Translations under genes and position numbers: made by a program | Shown here: positions 1 to 9,039 of the stretch, one piece after another | Position numbering within the stretch: the first letter of the stretch is position 1 | Layout: each line of letters opens with the position of its first letter | From: a virus | Lineage: Duplodnaviria; Caudoviricetes | DNA: 37,017 bases | Virus record (IMG/VR): IMGVR_UViG_3300033475_000095 | Location: 1-37,017 of that record | Direction: 5' to 3' (one strand) | Notes under the pieces: generated by a model | The model's database searches: none | Told to the model about the DNA's origin: nothing | What the model saw: the letters and a program-made list of their open reading frames with translations, nothing else

Positions 1-1483
1 GCTGTTCTTCCGCCATAGATAATTGTTTGTATACCCATCCAGGAGAATAGTTTTTCATTTTAGCATAATCCTTCAAAGCCTGTTCACCTCTTGCCAATAA
101 CTGACGCACCAACCAACCAACAGAATATTCTTTTAGCTCTCTGAACTTTTCCAACTCTTCAACATTCATTGAATGCAATGGCCTACGAAGCGCTGGCGGA
201 ACTTTATCTTTATCAAGAATAACAAATTTTGCCTCAATTAATCGTTGTTCTTCCTCGCGCTTTACCTGGACAACATTACAAAACGAACATGTTGATTGAC
301 TTGCAGGTATTAAGGCTTGACAATTTTCACATTCACGAATAACTCCAACTCCCTTTTTCCTGCTTACAAATCCAACCTCAATTGACCATTCGCGGTCCTC
401 ACTCCAAAAGCCATGCTTAAACACATTCCCACCCATATCTATTATATTGAAATATGTTTTTCCTATCTCAGGACACAGGCGACCACCACGGCCGCACATT
501 TGCAAATACAATGCAAGAGACAATGTGCAACGATTTATAATAACAGTTTCAATTGTTGGTTCATCATAGCCGGTTGTAGCAACGCCGCAGTTACATAGCA
601 CGCGGATAATTCCAAAATGAAAATCTTTAAATATTTTTTTACGCACCGCAAGCGGCGTTGATCCGTCAACGTGTGCCGCAGGTATTCCGGCCGCAACAAA
701 TTCTTGTGTTTGTCTTTTTGAATGCTCAACATTAATATTAAAGCAAATGGCTTTTGTGCCCGGTGTTAGTTCTTTATATTTTTCAACTACACCGGCGTAC
801 ATTTTTGGCTTATTGAACTTATTGAATAGCTGTTGTTCGTTATACTCTACACCTTCAGCGTTGCGTGTAATATCAACGTCTGTCATATCAAGTTCGGCGC
901 CGTATGTAATTTCAGGAACAAGATAATTTTCTCTGAGTAAATCAGGTATGGTAATTGGTTCGACCATATCATCATATATATTCCCCATTTGCCCAGAATA
1001 CTTTGGATAAATAGAATGCAATTGATTGTCTGGTTTGAAAAATCGTTTACCTGTTCTTATTGGTGTTGCTGTAGCACCAACAATATTTGCTCCTTTATGC
1101 TTATATGTTAAAAGAATTTCGTCAAATGTTTTTTTGTGTGCTTCGTCAGCAACAACAAGCCCAACGTCAGGAAAGCGGCGATTTCTTAGCGTATCAACAG
1201 AAGCAAGATATAAATTAGAAGCCTTATCGCGATATCCTGGAACAATCAGCGTCGGAAATAAGCCGAACGTGTTTAGCTTATCATTGGCCTGTTCAATCAA
1301 CTCCTTACGGTCGCACATAATAAGCACAGGTACACCATTTGCCATGCTTGATTTTGTCATGTCTGCAAACATGACGGTTTTCCCGCCACCTGTGGGCACA
1401 CATAGCACAACCGCTTGATTTCCCTTTGCGAAAGATTCACCAACTAACTGCTTGCCTCTTGCTTGATAAGGTCTTAATTGCAT
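1..1483 (-). CDS. SF2 DEAH-box helicase (RadD/YejH-like) with C-terminal Zn finger; 3' end runs off the window
   Basis: Not in the ORF track because it has no stop in the window. Hand translation from ATG 1483 gives MQLRPYQ (Q motif), VPTGGGKT (Walker A), VADEAH, GATATP, TTGYDEP, LYLQMCGRGGR and CENC...CSFC. Confidence 0.92.
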   Translation of the reverse strand, partial: MQLRPYQARGKQLVGESFAKGNQAVVLCVPTGGGKTVMFADMTKSSMANGVPVLIMCDRKELIEQANDKLNTFGLFPTLIVPGYRDKASNLYLASVDTLRNRRFPDVGLVVADEAHKKTFDEILLTYKHKGANIVGATATPIRTGKRFFKPDNQLHSIYPKYSGQMGNIYDDMVEPITIPDLLRENYLVPEITYGAELDMTDVDITRNAEGVEYNEQQLFNKFNKPKMYAGVVEKYKELTPGTKAICFNINVEHSKRQTQEFVAAGIPAAHVDGSTPLAVRKKIFKDFHFGIIRVLCNCGVATTGYDEPTIETVIINRCTLSLALYLQMCGRGGRLCPEIGKTYFNIIDMGGNVFKHGFWSEDREWSIEVGFVSRKKGVGVIRECENCQALIPASQSTCSFCNVVQVKREEEQRLIEAKFVILDKDKVPPALRRPLHSMNVEELEKFRELKEYSVGWLVRQLLARGEQALKDYAKMKNYSPGWVYKQLSMAEEQ

Positions 1484-1585
1484 TTATTTTTTATAATCAG
1501 TTTTAAAAATAAGAACAACTTTCTTTTTCTGTGCCTGCTTGGCCGCATCATATGCAGAGTCATGCTTAATTTTCCTAAGACGCAT
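1484..1585 (-). CDS. small basic hypothetical protein (33 aa)
   Basis: MRLRKIKHDSAYDAAKQAQKKKVVLIFKTDYKK*. It fills the gap exactly: the start overlaps the end of the upstream gene and the stop abuts the helicase ATG. Confidence 0.5.
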   Translation of the reverse strand: MRLRKIKHDSAYDAAKQAQKKKVVLIFKTDYKK

Positions 1586-1919
1586 TTTCATTGTCTTCAT
1601 TATTATTTGATATTGGATTAACTAAAATTCTTTTTCTATCAGTACAACCGTTTTCGTCGCAATAATTCATTCCGCAATTGCCCGTACATTTTTCTTTTTC
1701 TTGATCCTCTATAGGTTCACCAAGAAATTTTACAACCTTCGGCGCAATCCAAGTGCTGTGCCATTTTCTAAAGCGTTGCTTTATGATAGCAACTGTTCTT
1801 GAATCTAGCTCTAGCCAAGGGTCTTGAGACTGTTTAAATATGGTTGTTTCGTCAAGTATATGGTCAGCACTTAAGCGCTCTAACAATTCAAGACGTTCTT
1901 TTTTTTCTGATTCATTCAT
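1575..1919 (-). CDS. hypothetical protein with C-terminal Cys-rich motif
   Basis: 114 aa ORF overlapping the upstream helicase stop by 4 nt; contains CTGNCGMNYCDENGC. Confidence 0.7.
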   Translation of the reverse strand: MNESEKKERLELLERLSADHILDETTIFKQSQDPWLELDSRTVAIIKQRFRKWHSTWIAPKVVKFLGEPIEDQEKEKCTGNCGMNYCDENGCTDRKRILVNPISNNNEDNENAS

Positions 1920-3235
1920 ACATTTAATTTCGTTTTATTGAACTCCAAAATATTTTTATCATAAATCAATTCGCTATACTTTAACGGCCTACGTAATATA
2001 ATACCCTGCAAGGAAGTACAACGACTTAAAGCAACATATACTTGACCGTGTGCGAATGCGCCACGTTCGCCAGTATCAATAATTATCTTATCAAATGTTT
2101 GTCCTTGCGCCTTATGAATAGTAATAGCATAGGCAACTTTTATTGGGAACTGAACAAAGCGGCCGGTTATCTTATGGCTAATCCTGTCTTCTTTCTTATT
2201 ATATTCATATTCCGTAGATTCGAATTCAAAGCGGCTAACAAATACTGTTTCTTTATTATCAAGCAATACCTCTAAAAGATTTGTATTTTCATTGTATGCA
2301 ACTAACGTTCCAAGCGAACCGTTTCTATAGTCGTTAATAGGATCATTACTATTCCTTAGCGTCATAACCCTGCAACCTATTTTTAAGTTAATTATTTCCT
2401 CGCAAATACAATCTTTTTTATTAAAATTTCCTGTAATTCTGCCAACCAAACGAATATTTTCACCTTCCAGGTTATGCAACATAAACGAGTTTATTTCGTC
2501 AGCTGTTGAGTTTTTTGCACATAATACAATTCCATCTTCAGGGAACAAATCGCCCTGACGTAAGCATTGATTGTTTAGGCGATCAATTTCGAATGGCGCA
2601 AGTCTGGCGTTTTTAATATCATTCAAAAGATTTACAAAAGCCGGGTCCGATTGTCTCCAAACTTTTGTAAGCTTAAAAGTTATAAATGAAGAATAGCGCG
2701 CAGGGTCCCAACACGCGGCAGCAAAGAAGAATGGCGACGTATATCGAGTAGATATCATTTGTTTTTCGGCGCTGTCGTCCTTTACCACTGGCGGCAATTG
2801 ATCCAAATCACCAACCATTATTATTTTTTTACCGGCAAACGGCGGAAGGTCTGGGAAGTTCTTTTTAAAGAACCATGCAATTTGGTCCATTAGGTCAGCG
2901 CGCAGCATAGATACTTCGTCGATTATAAATGCTTTTGCTGACAGTATAAGCTTTCGTTTTGCTTCGTCCTCATCTTTCCTTGGGTCGAGCCATTTTATTG
3001 CATTGTAGGACACCGGACGCGCTGGAAAGTGGAAAAAATTATGTACTGTCACCCCGCCAACATTAATTGCAGCAATTCCGGTTGGGGCTAACACAATAAC
3101 GTTTCCATCGTTTGCCGCAATATACTTGCGTATAAGCGTCGATTTGCCAGAACCAGCCGGACCTGTTAGGAATATATTTTCGTTTCCGTGTAGGGCTTCC
3201 CATGCTTCTGCAAGGTTATCTTGTTGTTGGTCCAT
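1916..3235 (-). CDS. PIF1/RecD-like SF1B DNA helicase
   Basis: GPAGSGKS, LAPTGIAA, IIDEVSM, GDLDQLPPV, LTKVWRQ, QFPIKVAYAITIHKAQGQT and GQVYVALSR are PIF1-family motifs. Confidence 0.93.
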   Translation of the reverse strand: MDQQQDNLAEAWEALHGNENIFLTGPAGSGKSTLIRKYIAANDGNVIVLAPTGIAAINVGGVTVHNFFHFPARPVSYNAIKWLDPRKDEDEAKRKLILSAKAFIIDEVSMLRADLMDQIAWFFKKNFPDLPPFAGKKIIMVGDLDQLPPVVKDDSAEKQMISTRYTSPFFFAAACWDPARYSSFITFKLTKVWRQSDPAFVNLLNDIKNARLAPFEIDRLNNQCLRQGDLFPEDGIVLCAKNSTADEINSFMLHNLEGENIRLVGRITGNFNKKDCICEEIINLKIGCRVMTLRNSNDPINDYRNGSLGTLVAYNENTNLLEVLLDNKETVFVSRFEFESTEYEYNKKEDRISHKITGRFVQFPIKVAYAITIHKAQGQTFDKIIIDTGERGAFAHGQVYVALSRCTSLQGIILRRPLKYSELIYDKNILEFNKTKLNV

Positions 3236-3492
3236 TAGCTTTTGAATTTTATAAGTTCTTCAGCTGTTAAATCTGCTATTTCAAGAGGATCTTTTATAGA
3301 GATATTAAGTATTTTAATTGTTTTATCATATGATTTTACTTTGTCAAATACAGCTTCAACGGTTTCAAGTGCATATGGGAACCTAATCGCTATTGCGTTT
3401 AAAATTTCAATATCTTTTTCCCCGCCAATGCCTTGTTCAGCTAGTGCCTTAAGCTTCTTTGCTAGTTCAATTATTTTACTTTTGTCTTCCAT
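3235..3492 (-). CDS. hypothetical protein (N-terminus resembles DUF2786)
   Basis: 85 aa, TAATG-coupled to the helicase; N-terminal KIIELAKKLKALAEQGIGGEK. Confidence 0.65.
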   Translation of the reverse strand: MEDKSKIIELAKKLKALAEQGIGGEKDIEILNAIAIRFPYALETVEAVFDKVKSYDKTIKILNISIKDPLEIADLTAEELIKFKS

Positions 3493-3505
3493 GCTTAAAA
3501 TTTAT

Positions 3506-3907
3506 TTATTGAAACAATCCCGGTGTTTTATATCCCGGTGGAATTACTTTTTTACTTTCTTCAGGTTGTACGGTCTGCACAACGTGCGCAGGTTTATTTT
3601 TAACCTGTTGCGACTGTTGCCAGATTTTATTTATTAGTTTTTCCCGCTGCCTATCTTTTACTTTTCCTTCAAAGAACTCTAATATTCTTATCTCGCTATA
3701 TGTTGCACCATGCATTATTTCAGTCTCTGACAGAGAATTAAACTCAACCTCTAAATCTTCTTTTCCTCTATTATCAATATAATATTTGATGTGGAATATA
3801 AACTTTTCAGGATCATCTGTAAGGTCTGATATTTTATACCTTACATCATCCTGTTGGTTTAGGAATTTGTATATCCTATTATAATATTCAGCATCAAATT
3901 TTACCAT
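3506..3907 (-). CDS. hypothetical protein
   Basis: 133 aa ATG ORF, co-oriented and tightly packed. Confidence 0.7.
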   Translation of the reverse strand: MVKFDAEYYNRIYKFLNQQDDVRYKISDLTDDPEKFIFHIKYYIDNRGKEDLEVEFNSLSETEIMHGATYSEIRILEFFEGKVKDRQREKLINKIWQQSQQVKNKPAHVVQTVQPEESKKVIPPGYKTPGLFQ

Positions 3908-3958
3908 AAAATAAAAAACCCTACTTGGCGGGGCGGCCGTTCGGGTAACTTAGCGTTT

Positions 3959-4303
3959 TTAATTATTTACAGGATAAAAGAAATATTCATTAGATCCGTT
4001 ATTTTTTTCGTTTGCAAGTCCTGCTTTTCTTAGTTCTTGATAAGCTTTGCTTGTTTCATTTGAATAGTCCGCAGTTGCTTTTATATCAATAATTTCACCA
4101 AGCACAGAACGACGATTTTCATCGCAGCCATAAAGATTAGCAGACCATTGCCAGTATTCAAGATAATCTTCTTTTGTTCCATTAATTGGATATTCCACTT
4201 TCCCAAATAAAGCCTCAATACAATTTTGTTTCCAAGCGCCTCCAGTCTTTAATAGAAAGATATAAAGCTTGTGTGCGTTATCTGATAGGTTTGAAGTTTT
4301 CAT
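3959..4303 (-). CDS. hypothetical protein
   Basis: 114 aa ATG ORF downstream of a consensus promoter. Confidence 0.7.
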   Translation of the reverse strand: MKTSNLSDNAHKLYIFLLKTGGAWKQNCIEALFGKVEYPINGTKEDYLEYWQWSANLYGCDENRRSVLGEIIDIKATADYSNETSKAYQELRKAGLANEKNNGSNEYFFYPVNN

Positions 4304-4335
4304 AAGTGCTAAGTGTTTTTGTTTAATTGATAAAT

Positions 4336-4366
4336 CAAAGGTATATCAATTAAATTTGATATCAAA
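4336..4366 (-). promoter_or_regulatory. Bacteroidetes sigma-A type promoter with overlapping palindrome
   Basis: Minus strand TTTG-N19-TACCTTTG; palindrome TTTGATATCAAA at 4355-4366. Confidence 0.8.
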
Positions 4367-4427
4367 ACATTTTGATAAATATTTTTATTAAAAATTTATA
4401 AACATCTGATTTTGAGGCGGATTTTTT

Positions 4428-5198
4428 TTATTCTTTTTGACGTTCCCAGAAGTCGGGCCGGTCGTTTTCTCCTTTATTCTTTTTTTTTTCACGATCAAGG
4501 TCGCTTTTTTGAATCTCAATAAACGGGGAACCGCTTTGTTGTAATTCATCAATTGTTAGATCATGCGATTCTTTAAAAATTTCAGGGTCAACTTTAGATT
4601 CGAAGGTTACGACTTCTATTGGAGGCAACACAACTTTTTCTTCATCTTCGGGTTTTTCAATATGTATTTCCCTGAAGTTTTTGAAAAAATCAAGTTCTTT
4701 TTTTAGGTCAGCAATTTCCTTATCACGTTCTGCAATAATTTGCAGGTTTGTTTTTTTGTCATGAAATAATCGGCCTACCTCTCGTTGTAAATGAACAACA
4801 TGTTCCTGGTATTCATTGTCGTCTTGTTCTTCCTCTTGCTTTATCTCTTTTGCACTGTGAAACATTGCAGCAGGTAATATTAAAGTAAATCCGAACGCCG
4901 GCAACAGGTCCCAATCTAAGCCTATTGTAACAATATAATAATAGGCAGAAATAAGAGCCTCGAAATAAGCGAAGTATTTAGCCATTCGATAATTTTTGCG
5001 TACTGTATAGATTATAATAAACCCAGCCAGAACCAAAGCGACGCCCAGCGAAACCCTATTACGCCAAGGGTCCGGAAGTACCGAAAGCTTATGGTATACA
5101 TAATACATATTAGAGCAAAGCAACGGCAATGTTGTTATAACTACCCAAAGCAAGAAACGGTCAGACTTGAGGGCGTCGAGTTCTTTGATTCTTTTCAT
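4428..5198 (-). CDS. membrane protein: about 4 TM helices, coiled coil and acidic tail
   Basis: Four hydrophobic segments in residues ~14-113, followed by an E/K-rich region. Confidence 0.75.
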   Translation of the reverse strand: MKRIKELDALKSDRFLLWVVITTLPLLCSNMYYVYHKLSVLPDPWRNRVSLGVALVLAGFIIIYTVRKNYRMAKYFAYFEALISAYYYIVTIGLDWDLLPAFGFTLILPAAMFHSAKEIKQEEEQDDNEYQEHVVHLQREVGRLFHDKKTNLQIIAERDKEIADLKKELDFFKNFREIHIEKPEDEEKVVLPPIEVVTFESKVDPEIFKESHDLTIDELQQSGSPFIEIQKSDLDREKKKNKGENDRPDFWERQKE

Positions 5199-5202
5199 TA
5201 GA

Positions 5203-5583
5203 TTAAGACTTTATTATTATTCTGAAAAAGGAACCTTGTGTTTTGCTGGTATCATTTACCGGCCTAACATCATCAACAAAACTTGTTTCTTCGGTCTTTT
5301 TGTTAAATACTGGCCGTTTATAATCTTCGGTTATTTCAACCCCAAATTCATCCTTTAGCGCAAAGCGGCCTTTGTGGTCCCTTCGTTCTAATACTTCAAT
5401 AATTTCGTACGAATTCATTGGTGTCAATCTTAATACATCACCGGGCTTTATTTCTCCGACATGCCAACCGGTAACTTCTGCGCGTTGCCCAGGTAATGGA
5501 ATACCTAATTTAAGATTTCCCTTAATTGTGTGATATAATGAAGCTCCGGTTGGGTGCACTACATCGATTAAATTTCTTTTCAC
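5203..5583 (-). CDS. hypothetical protein
   Basis: 126 aa ORF in the operon. Confidence 0.65.
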   Translation of the reverse strand: MKRNLIDVVHPTGASLYHTIKGNLKLGIPLPGQRAEVTGWHVGEIKPGDVLRLTPMNSYEIIEVLERRDHKGRFALKDEFGVEITEDYKRPVFNKKTEETSFVDDVRPVNDTSKTQGSFFRIIIKS

Positions 5584-5613
5584 AATTAATGTTTGTTATA
5601 AGTGGTTAAAAAT

Positions 5614-6297
5614 TTATGCTGCCTGCATTAGTTCTTGAAAGTCAATTTTTCCCTCTTGTTTCATTTCAAGATATACGTCAATTAAATCTTCATATTCCTT
5701 GCGGCCTGAAACAATCCTTGGATCATCAATAGCCATTGTACAAGTAAACGTTGGGTGCGGGTATGTTTTACATACTCCAATTATTATGAATTTTTCTGCA
5801 CCTGTTCCATCCAGGTAAAAGGCGCCTTGCCTGTTATAGCCATATTGTAGAATAGATGCTTCAAACTCTTCCCGCGTCTTTGCTGCGGTTGTTTTAAGGT
5901 CTGCAATTGTCTTTCCAACCCACAAATCAATTTTTGCTTTACACTCAAGATCATATTTTGATTCATTGAAAAAATGATCTTGTTCAAACTTTGCAAGAGG
6001 ACTATCAATAAGAAATTTTAATAAGGCGTTGTTTAGGGCACTTTTAGACATGGCAGCAACTTTGTGCCTATTCTTAATATACCATTCAACCCATGTGCCT
6101 GCGCCATTATGTTGATTTTCTAGCGCAAGGGAAAGAAAGTCATTATATTTATGCGGTTCCAATACTGATTCATGAAATTGCTTTCCAAATTCAAGTGTCT
6201 CTTTCTTTGCCTTAAATATTGGCAGTCCATCACGTAAGCATTTTACAACACCAAGGCGCGAATTACTGAGCATGTCAAGTTGATAGTAATCTTGCAT
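5614..6297 (-). CDS. PD-(D/E)XK exonuclease, RecE/ExoVIII-like (DUF3799-type)
   Basis: LSNSRL, FGKQFHESVLEP, CKAKID, IADLKTT and YNRQGAFY motifs. Confidence 0.85.
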   Translation of the reverse strand: MQDYYQLDMLSNSRLGVVKCLRDGLPIFKAKKETLEFGKQFHESVLEPHKYNDFLSLALENQHNGAGTWVEWYIKNRHKVAAMSKSALNNALLKFLIDSPLAKFEQDHFFNESKYDLECKAKIDLWVGKTIADLKTTAAKTREEFEASILQYGYNRQGAFYLDGTGAEKFIIIGVCKTYPHPTFTCTMAIDDPRIVSGRKEYEDLIDVYLEMKQEGKIDFQELMQAA

Positions 6298-6626
6298 TAT
6301 CTTAACAACATTGAATTAATTGTTGGTTTCTTTTTATCTTGAGGTGATATAAATTCGCCTGCTTGTTTCATGTTAAAATCAGATGCATTAAAGGTTATAT
6401 CATCATTTGAGGCAAAATACAACACAGTTTCAAAAAGCCATTTTCTAAATTCTTGCGTCATTTCAGAATAATTGACACAATGTATTGTGTGCATTATATC
6501 GTGCTTTTCTTTATCTATAACATTTTTACTTAGTTTTGCAATATTCTCGACATCACAAACACTAAAATGTTTGCTATTGAATAATTTTGACACAGCAAGT
6601 GCAATAGCTTCTTTCTTTGGGTCCAT
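6297..6626 (-). CDS. hypothetical protein
   Basis: 109 aa, TAATG-coupled on both sides. Confidence 0.75.
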   Translation of the reverse strand: MDPKKEAIALAVSKLFNSKHFSVCDVENIAKLSKNVIDKEKHDIMHTIHCVNYSEMTQEFRKWLFETVLYFASNDDITFNASDFNMKQAGEFISPQDKKKPTINSMLLR

Positions 6627-7777
6627 TATCTTGAAGTATTAATAATTTTTTCAAATATCCTAACGCCTGGAATTTCTCGCGCACCTTCAGCAACTGCCTT
6701 TTTTAACTTGTCAATGTCTGCGGTCTTGTATTCTTCAGGCAGCAATGACATATCAATTGTTTCTTCTTCAACAGTCCAGCGCTTTTGAACGTTCTTTTGC
6801 TTTCCGATCATTGAACTCTTCAGTTCTGATTCCATCTGAACATTTGAAATTGATTCCTGCGCTTGTTCTGCAATCTTTTGCTGTTCTTCAGCGGCCTTTT
6901 GTTCCTGAGCTTCTTTTTCAAGTCTTGCTTTTTCCTCTTGCTCTTTCTTCATTCGTTCGGCCGCTTCAGCGTTGATTGCTTCAGCTTCGGCAAGGCGCTC
7001 AAGTTCAATTTTCCTGTCGTTCATTTTCTGAACACATCTATTGTACATGTCTATAGCTTCTGGCAAGAACTCTTGATAAACTTCAGGTTTTAGTTTAACA
7101 CCTGCAAGTTTTGCAATCTTACTATCAATGTCAGCAACTGTTGCTGAGTGCGCAGCATTGAGAACATTATTTTCAAACTCTAAAATGAAATTCTTAATGT
7201 CAGCAATGCGCTTTTGTTCAGCCTGGATCTTGGCAAGGTCTGCTTGCTTCTGTCTCTCAATTTCTGCGGCTTTCTCCTTTGCTTTGCGGTCCTCTTCAAT
7301 TTGAAAGTTGGTGATATTGGTATTTATAAGAGTTGTCAATCTGACAAGTTCATCTGTAACACTTTTGCCTAAATTGATAAGTCCTTTTTTCTCTGCGTCA
7401 AGTTCAGAAGTAATTAGCTTTCTTTCTTCGTCAACAGCTTTTGCGATTGTCTTTGCTTTTTTTAATGACACATTCAGTTTTACAACGTCGTCTTGTGTCT
7501 TAATCTGAAGCACAGACAAGGGCTTTAATTCCTCAGTTAGTTCATCAACTTTGCTTTGTAATTCTGGGTTTAATTCGGTACGCAAAATAATACCTTTGGC
7601 GCCCGGTGGAATTATAACAATGTCCGCGCCTTGTGCATTAAGTTGTTCTTTTAGCTCATGCAACTTACCAGCATCAACAATAACGCCTTTTGTTGGAAGA
7701 GTTGCTACAACTGAAAATTGTTCCTGTGGATTTACTTTGTCTTCAGACTTTAATGACTCAAATGGGTTTTTATTCAT
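6626..7777 (-). CDS. long coiled-coil protein with Gp157/Gam-like C-terminus
   Basis: E/K/A-rich heptads; C-terminal LPEEYKTADIDKLKKAVAEGAREIPGVRI; located near the exonuclease. Confidence 0.65.
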   Translation of the reverse strand: MNKNPFESLKSEDKVNPQEQFSVVATLPTKGVIVDAGKLHELKEQLNAQGADIVIIPPGAKGIILRTELNPELQSKVDELTEELKPLSVLQIKTQDDVVKLNVSLKKAKTIAKAVDEERKLITSELDAEKKGLINLGKSVTDELVRLTTLINTNITNFQIEEDRKAKEKAAEIERQKQADLAKIQAEQKRIADIKNFILEFENNVLNAAHSATVADIDSKIAKLAGVKLKPEVYQEFLPEAIDMYNRCVQKMNDRKIELERLAEAEAINAEAAERMKKEQEEKARLEKEAQEQKAAEEQQKIAEQAQESISNVQMESELKSSMIGKQKNVQKRWTVEEETIDMSLLPEEYKTADIDKLKKAVAEGAREIPGVRIFEKIINTSR

Positions 7778-7809
7778 AAGTGAAAAATTTAATGTTTGAA
7801 AATTTTAAC

Positions 7810-7865
7810 CAAAGGCGCCGGCGAGTTGATTAGAAACACCGTTAGCTTATCAGTCTACGCCTTTG
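7810..7865 (-). other. stem-loop immediately 3' of the tRNA-like RNA
   Basis: Perfect 8 bp outer stem CAAAGGCG/CGCCTTTG enclosing an inner TGATAAG/CTAATCA imperfect stem. Confidence 0.5.
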
Positions 7866-7870
7866 ATTTG

Positions 7871-7995
7871 TTCCCTGTGCCGGACTCGAACCGGCAAGCA
7901 ATAGCGCATAGATAGCGCCCAACAATTCAGGCTTTTGCCCTCAGTCGCGAACGTGCTTATCTCGTTCTTGTGTATGCCAATTCCACCAACAGGGA
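7871..7995 (-). ncRNA. expanded tRNA-Leu-like RNA (125 nt)
   Basis: Acceptor TCCCTGT/ACAGGGA with discriminator A; D arm GTG-GAATTGGCATA-CAC; T arm GCCGG-TTCGAGT-CCGGC. The central region is oversized and CCA is not encoded. Confidence 0.75.
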
Positions 7996-8019
7996 AACCA
8001 ACCAACCACTTTACGAAAA

Positions 8020-8670
8020 TTAAAAAGGTAATTTTTTGCCTGTACTGCTTACGGTGGGCTGTACTGCATTTGCAGGCGCGGCCGTTGTAGTGCCAACAGC
8101 ACCTGTTGTAAGTTCTTTATATTCGTCAGAGCTTTCAATGATCTTTCTAACCCATTCCGGAAGCGATTGAAACACTTCTGTTTTAAATGGCGGATTGAAA
8201 TTGAACAGATATGGCTTATTTTTCATAACAGGAACAACAGTCCCTTCTGCAATCTGTGAAATGCTTGAAATGTCGTTATATTTATTTCCCTTCTGAGAAG
8301 TTTTAATAAGGACATTTATCATACAAGGCGCTGAAAGTATTTTTGCAATATTAAACTTTGCAGCTTCGTCTTTACTTAAAGCCTCACCGCGCCATCCGTC
8401 CAGCATCTTTTTTAAATTTGACTTAGGCCCAAGTGAATAAAGAAATTCTTTGCTTACAATAAACGGCCCACCTTTTTCATCGTCAGGATTGACTGTATTA
8501 GTAAGCTCAAAAAACAATCTTATCTTCTTCTTTCTTGATTTGTGTCCTTGATATTCATGGTCCACAGTACCAAGTAAGACAACGCCGATACAAAAGCCGA
8601 TGTGATTTGCTGCTGGCGCTGGGGTGTAACTTCTGCCGACTTCGGCGTACATTTCTTCATTTTCATACAT
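8020..8670 (-). CDS. phage ssDNA-binding/replication protein (NGO0469/DUF669-like)
   Basis: YTPAPA, LGT, KSNLKKMLDGWRG, LPEWVRKIIESSDEY and a C-terminal LPF tail typical of SSB-like proteins. Confidence 0.7.
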   Translation of the reverse strand: MYENEEMYAEVGRSYTPAPAANHIGFCIGVVLLGTVDHEYQGHKSRKKKIRLFFELTNTVNPDDEKGGPFIVSKEFLYSLGPKSNLKKMLDGWRGEALSKDEAAKFNIAKILSAPCMINVLIKTSQKGNKYNDISSISQIAEGTVVPVMKNKPYLFNFNPPFKTEVFQSLPEWVRKIIESSDEYKELTTGAVGTTTAAPANAVQPTVSSTGKKLPF

Positions 8671-8732
8671 AATTTTAATGTTGCATTTTATTTCCTACCT
8701 GCAACGGGGTTTGTTAGTTATAAATTAATTGA

Positions 8733-8990
8733 TTATAAAATCTTACATGCAGTATTGTATATCTCTTCCAAGCTTTCAATGGTTTCTTCTAAATCAAGGC
8801 TTGAAATATAAAACACAACACAATTTTTATACTCAGCATTTCCGCTTCTAAAATAACAGTCAATTGTATAGTAATCTTTGTCTACATTGTGATTAATATC
8901 AACATTTACAAAATTCTGACCAAAAGTTTTTTTTGCCTTATTTATAAAGGCCTGAAGTCTCAGGAAAAATTGTATATCTTTCTTTGTCAT
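8733..8990 (-). CDS. hypothetical protein
   Basis: 85 aa ORF starting 4 nt after a -7 promoter box. Confidence 0.7.
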   Translation of the reverse strand: MTKKDIQFFLRLQAFINKAKKTFGQNFVNVDINHNVDKDYYTIDCYFRSGNAEYKNCVVFYISSLDLEETIESLEEIYNTACKIL

Positions 8991-8994
8991 GATT

Positions 8995-9025
8995 CAAATA
9001 TATGTCAATAAAAAGTGATATCAAA
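8995..9025 (-). promoter_or_regulatory. Bacteroidetes-type promoter, probably leaderless transcript
   Basis: TTTG-N19-TATATTTG-N4-ATG; contains TGATATCA. Confidence 0.8.
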
Positions 9026-9039
9026 ATATTTTGACAAAA

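Noticed and set aside
3912-3950. GC-rich patch between 3506-3907 and 3959-4303 as a terminator
   Set aside because: Only a 4 bp ACCC/GGGT stem with a long loop precedes the T run, which is too weak to call.
7920-7950. Hammerhead- or kink-turn-like look of CTGAGGGCAAAAGCCTGAAT
   Set aside because: It lacks the CUGANGA and GAAA cores, and the canonical stem does not pair in k-turn register.
7871-7995. tmRNA or group I intron explanation of the expanded tRNA
   Set aside because: It is too short, has a D stem, and has no G3-U70 pair, tag ORF or group I core.
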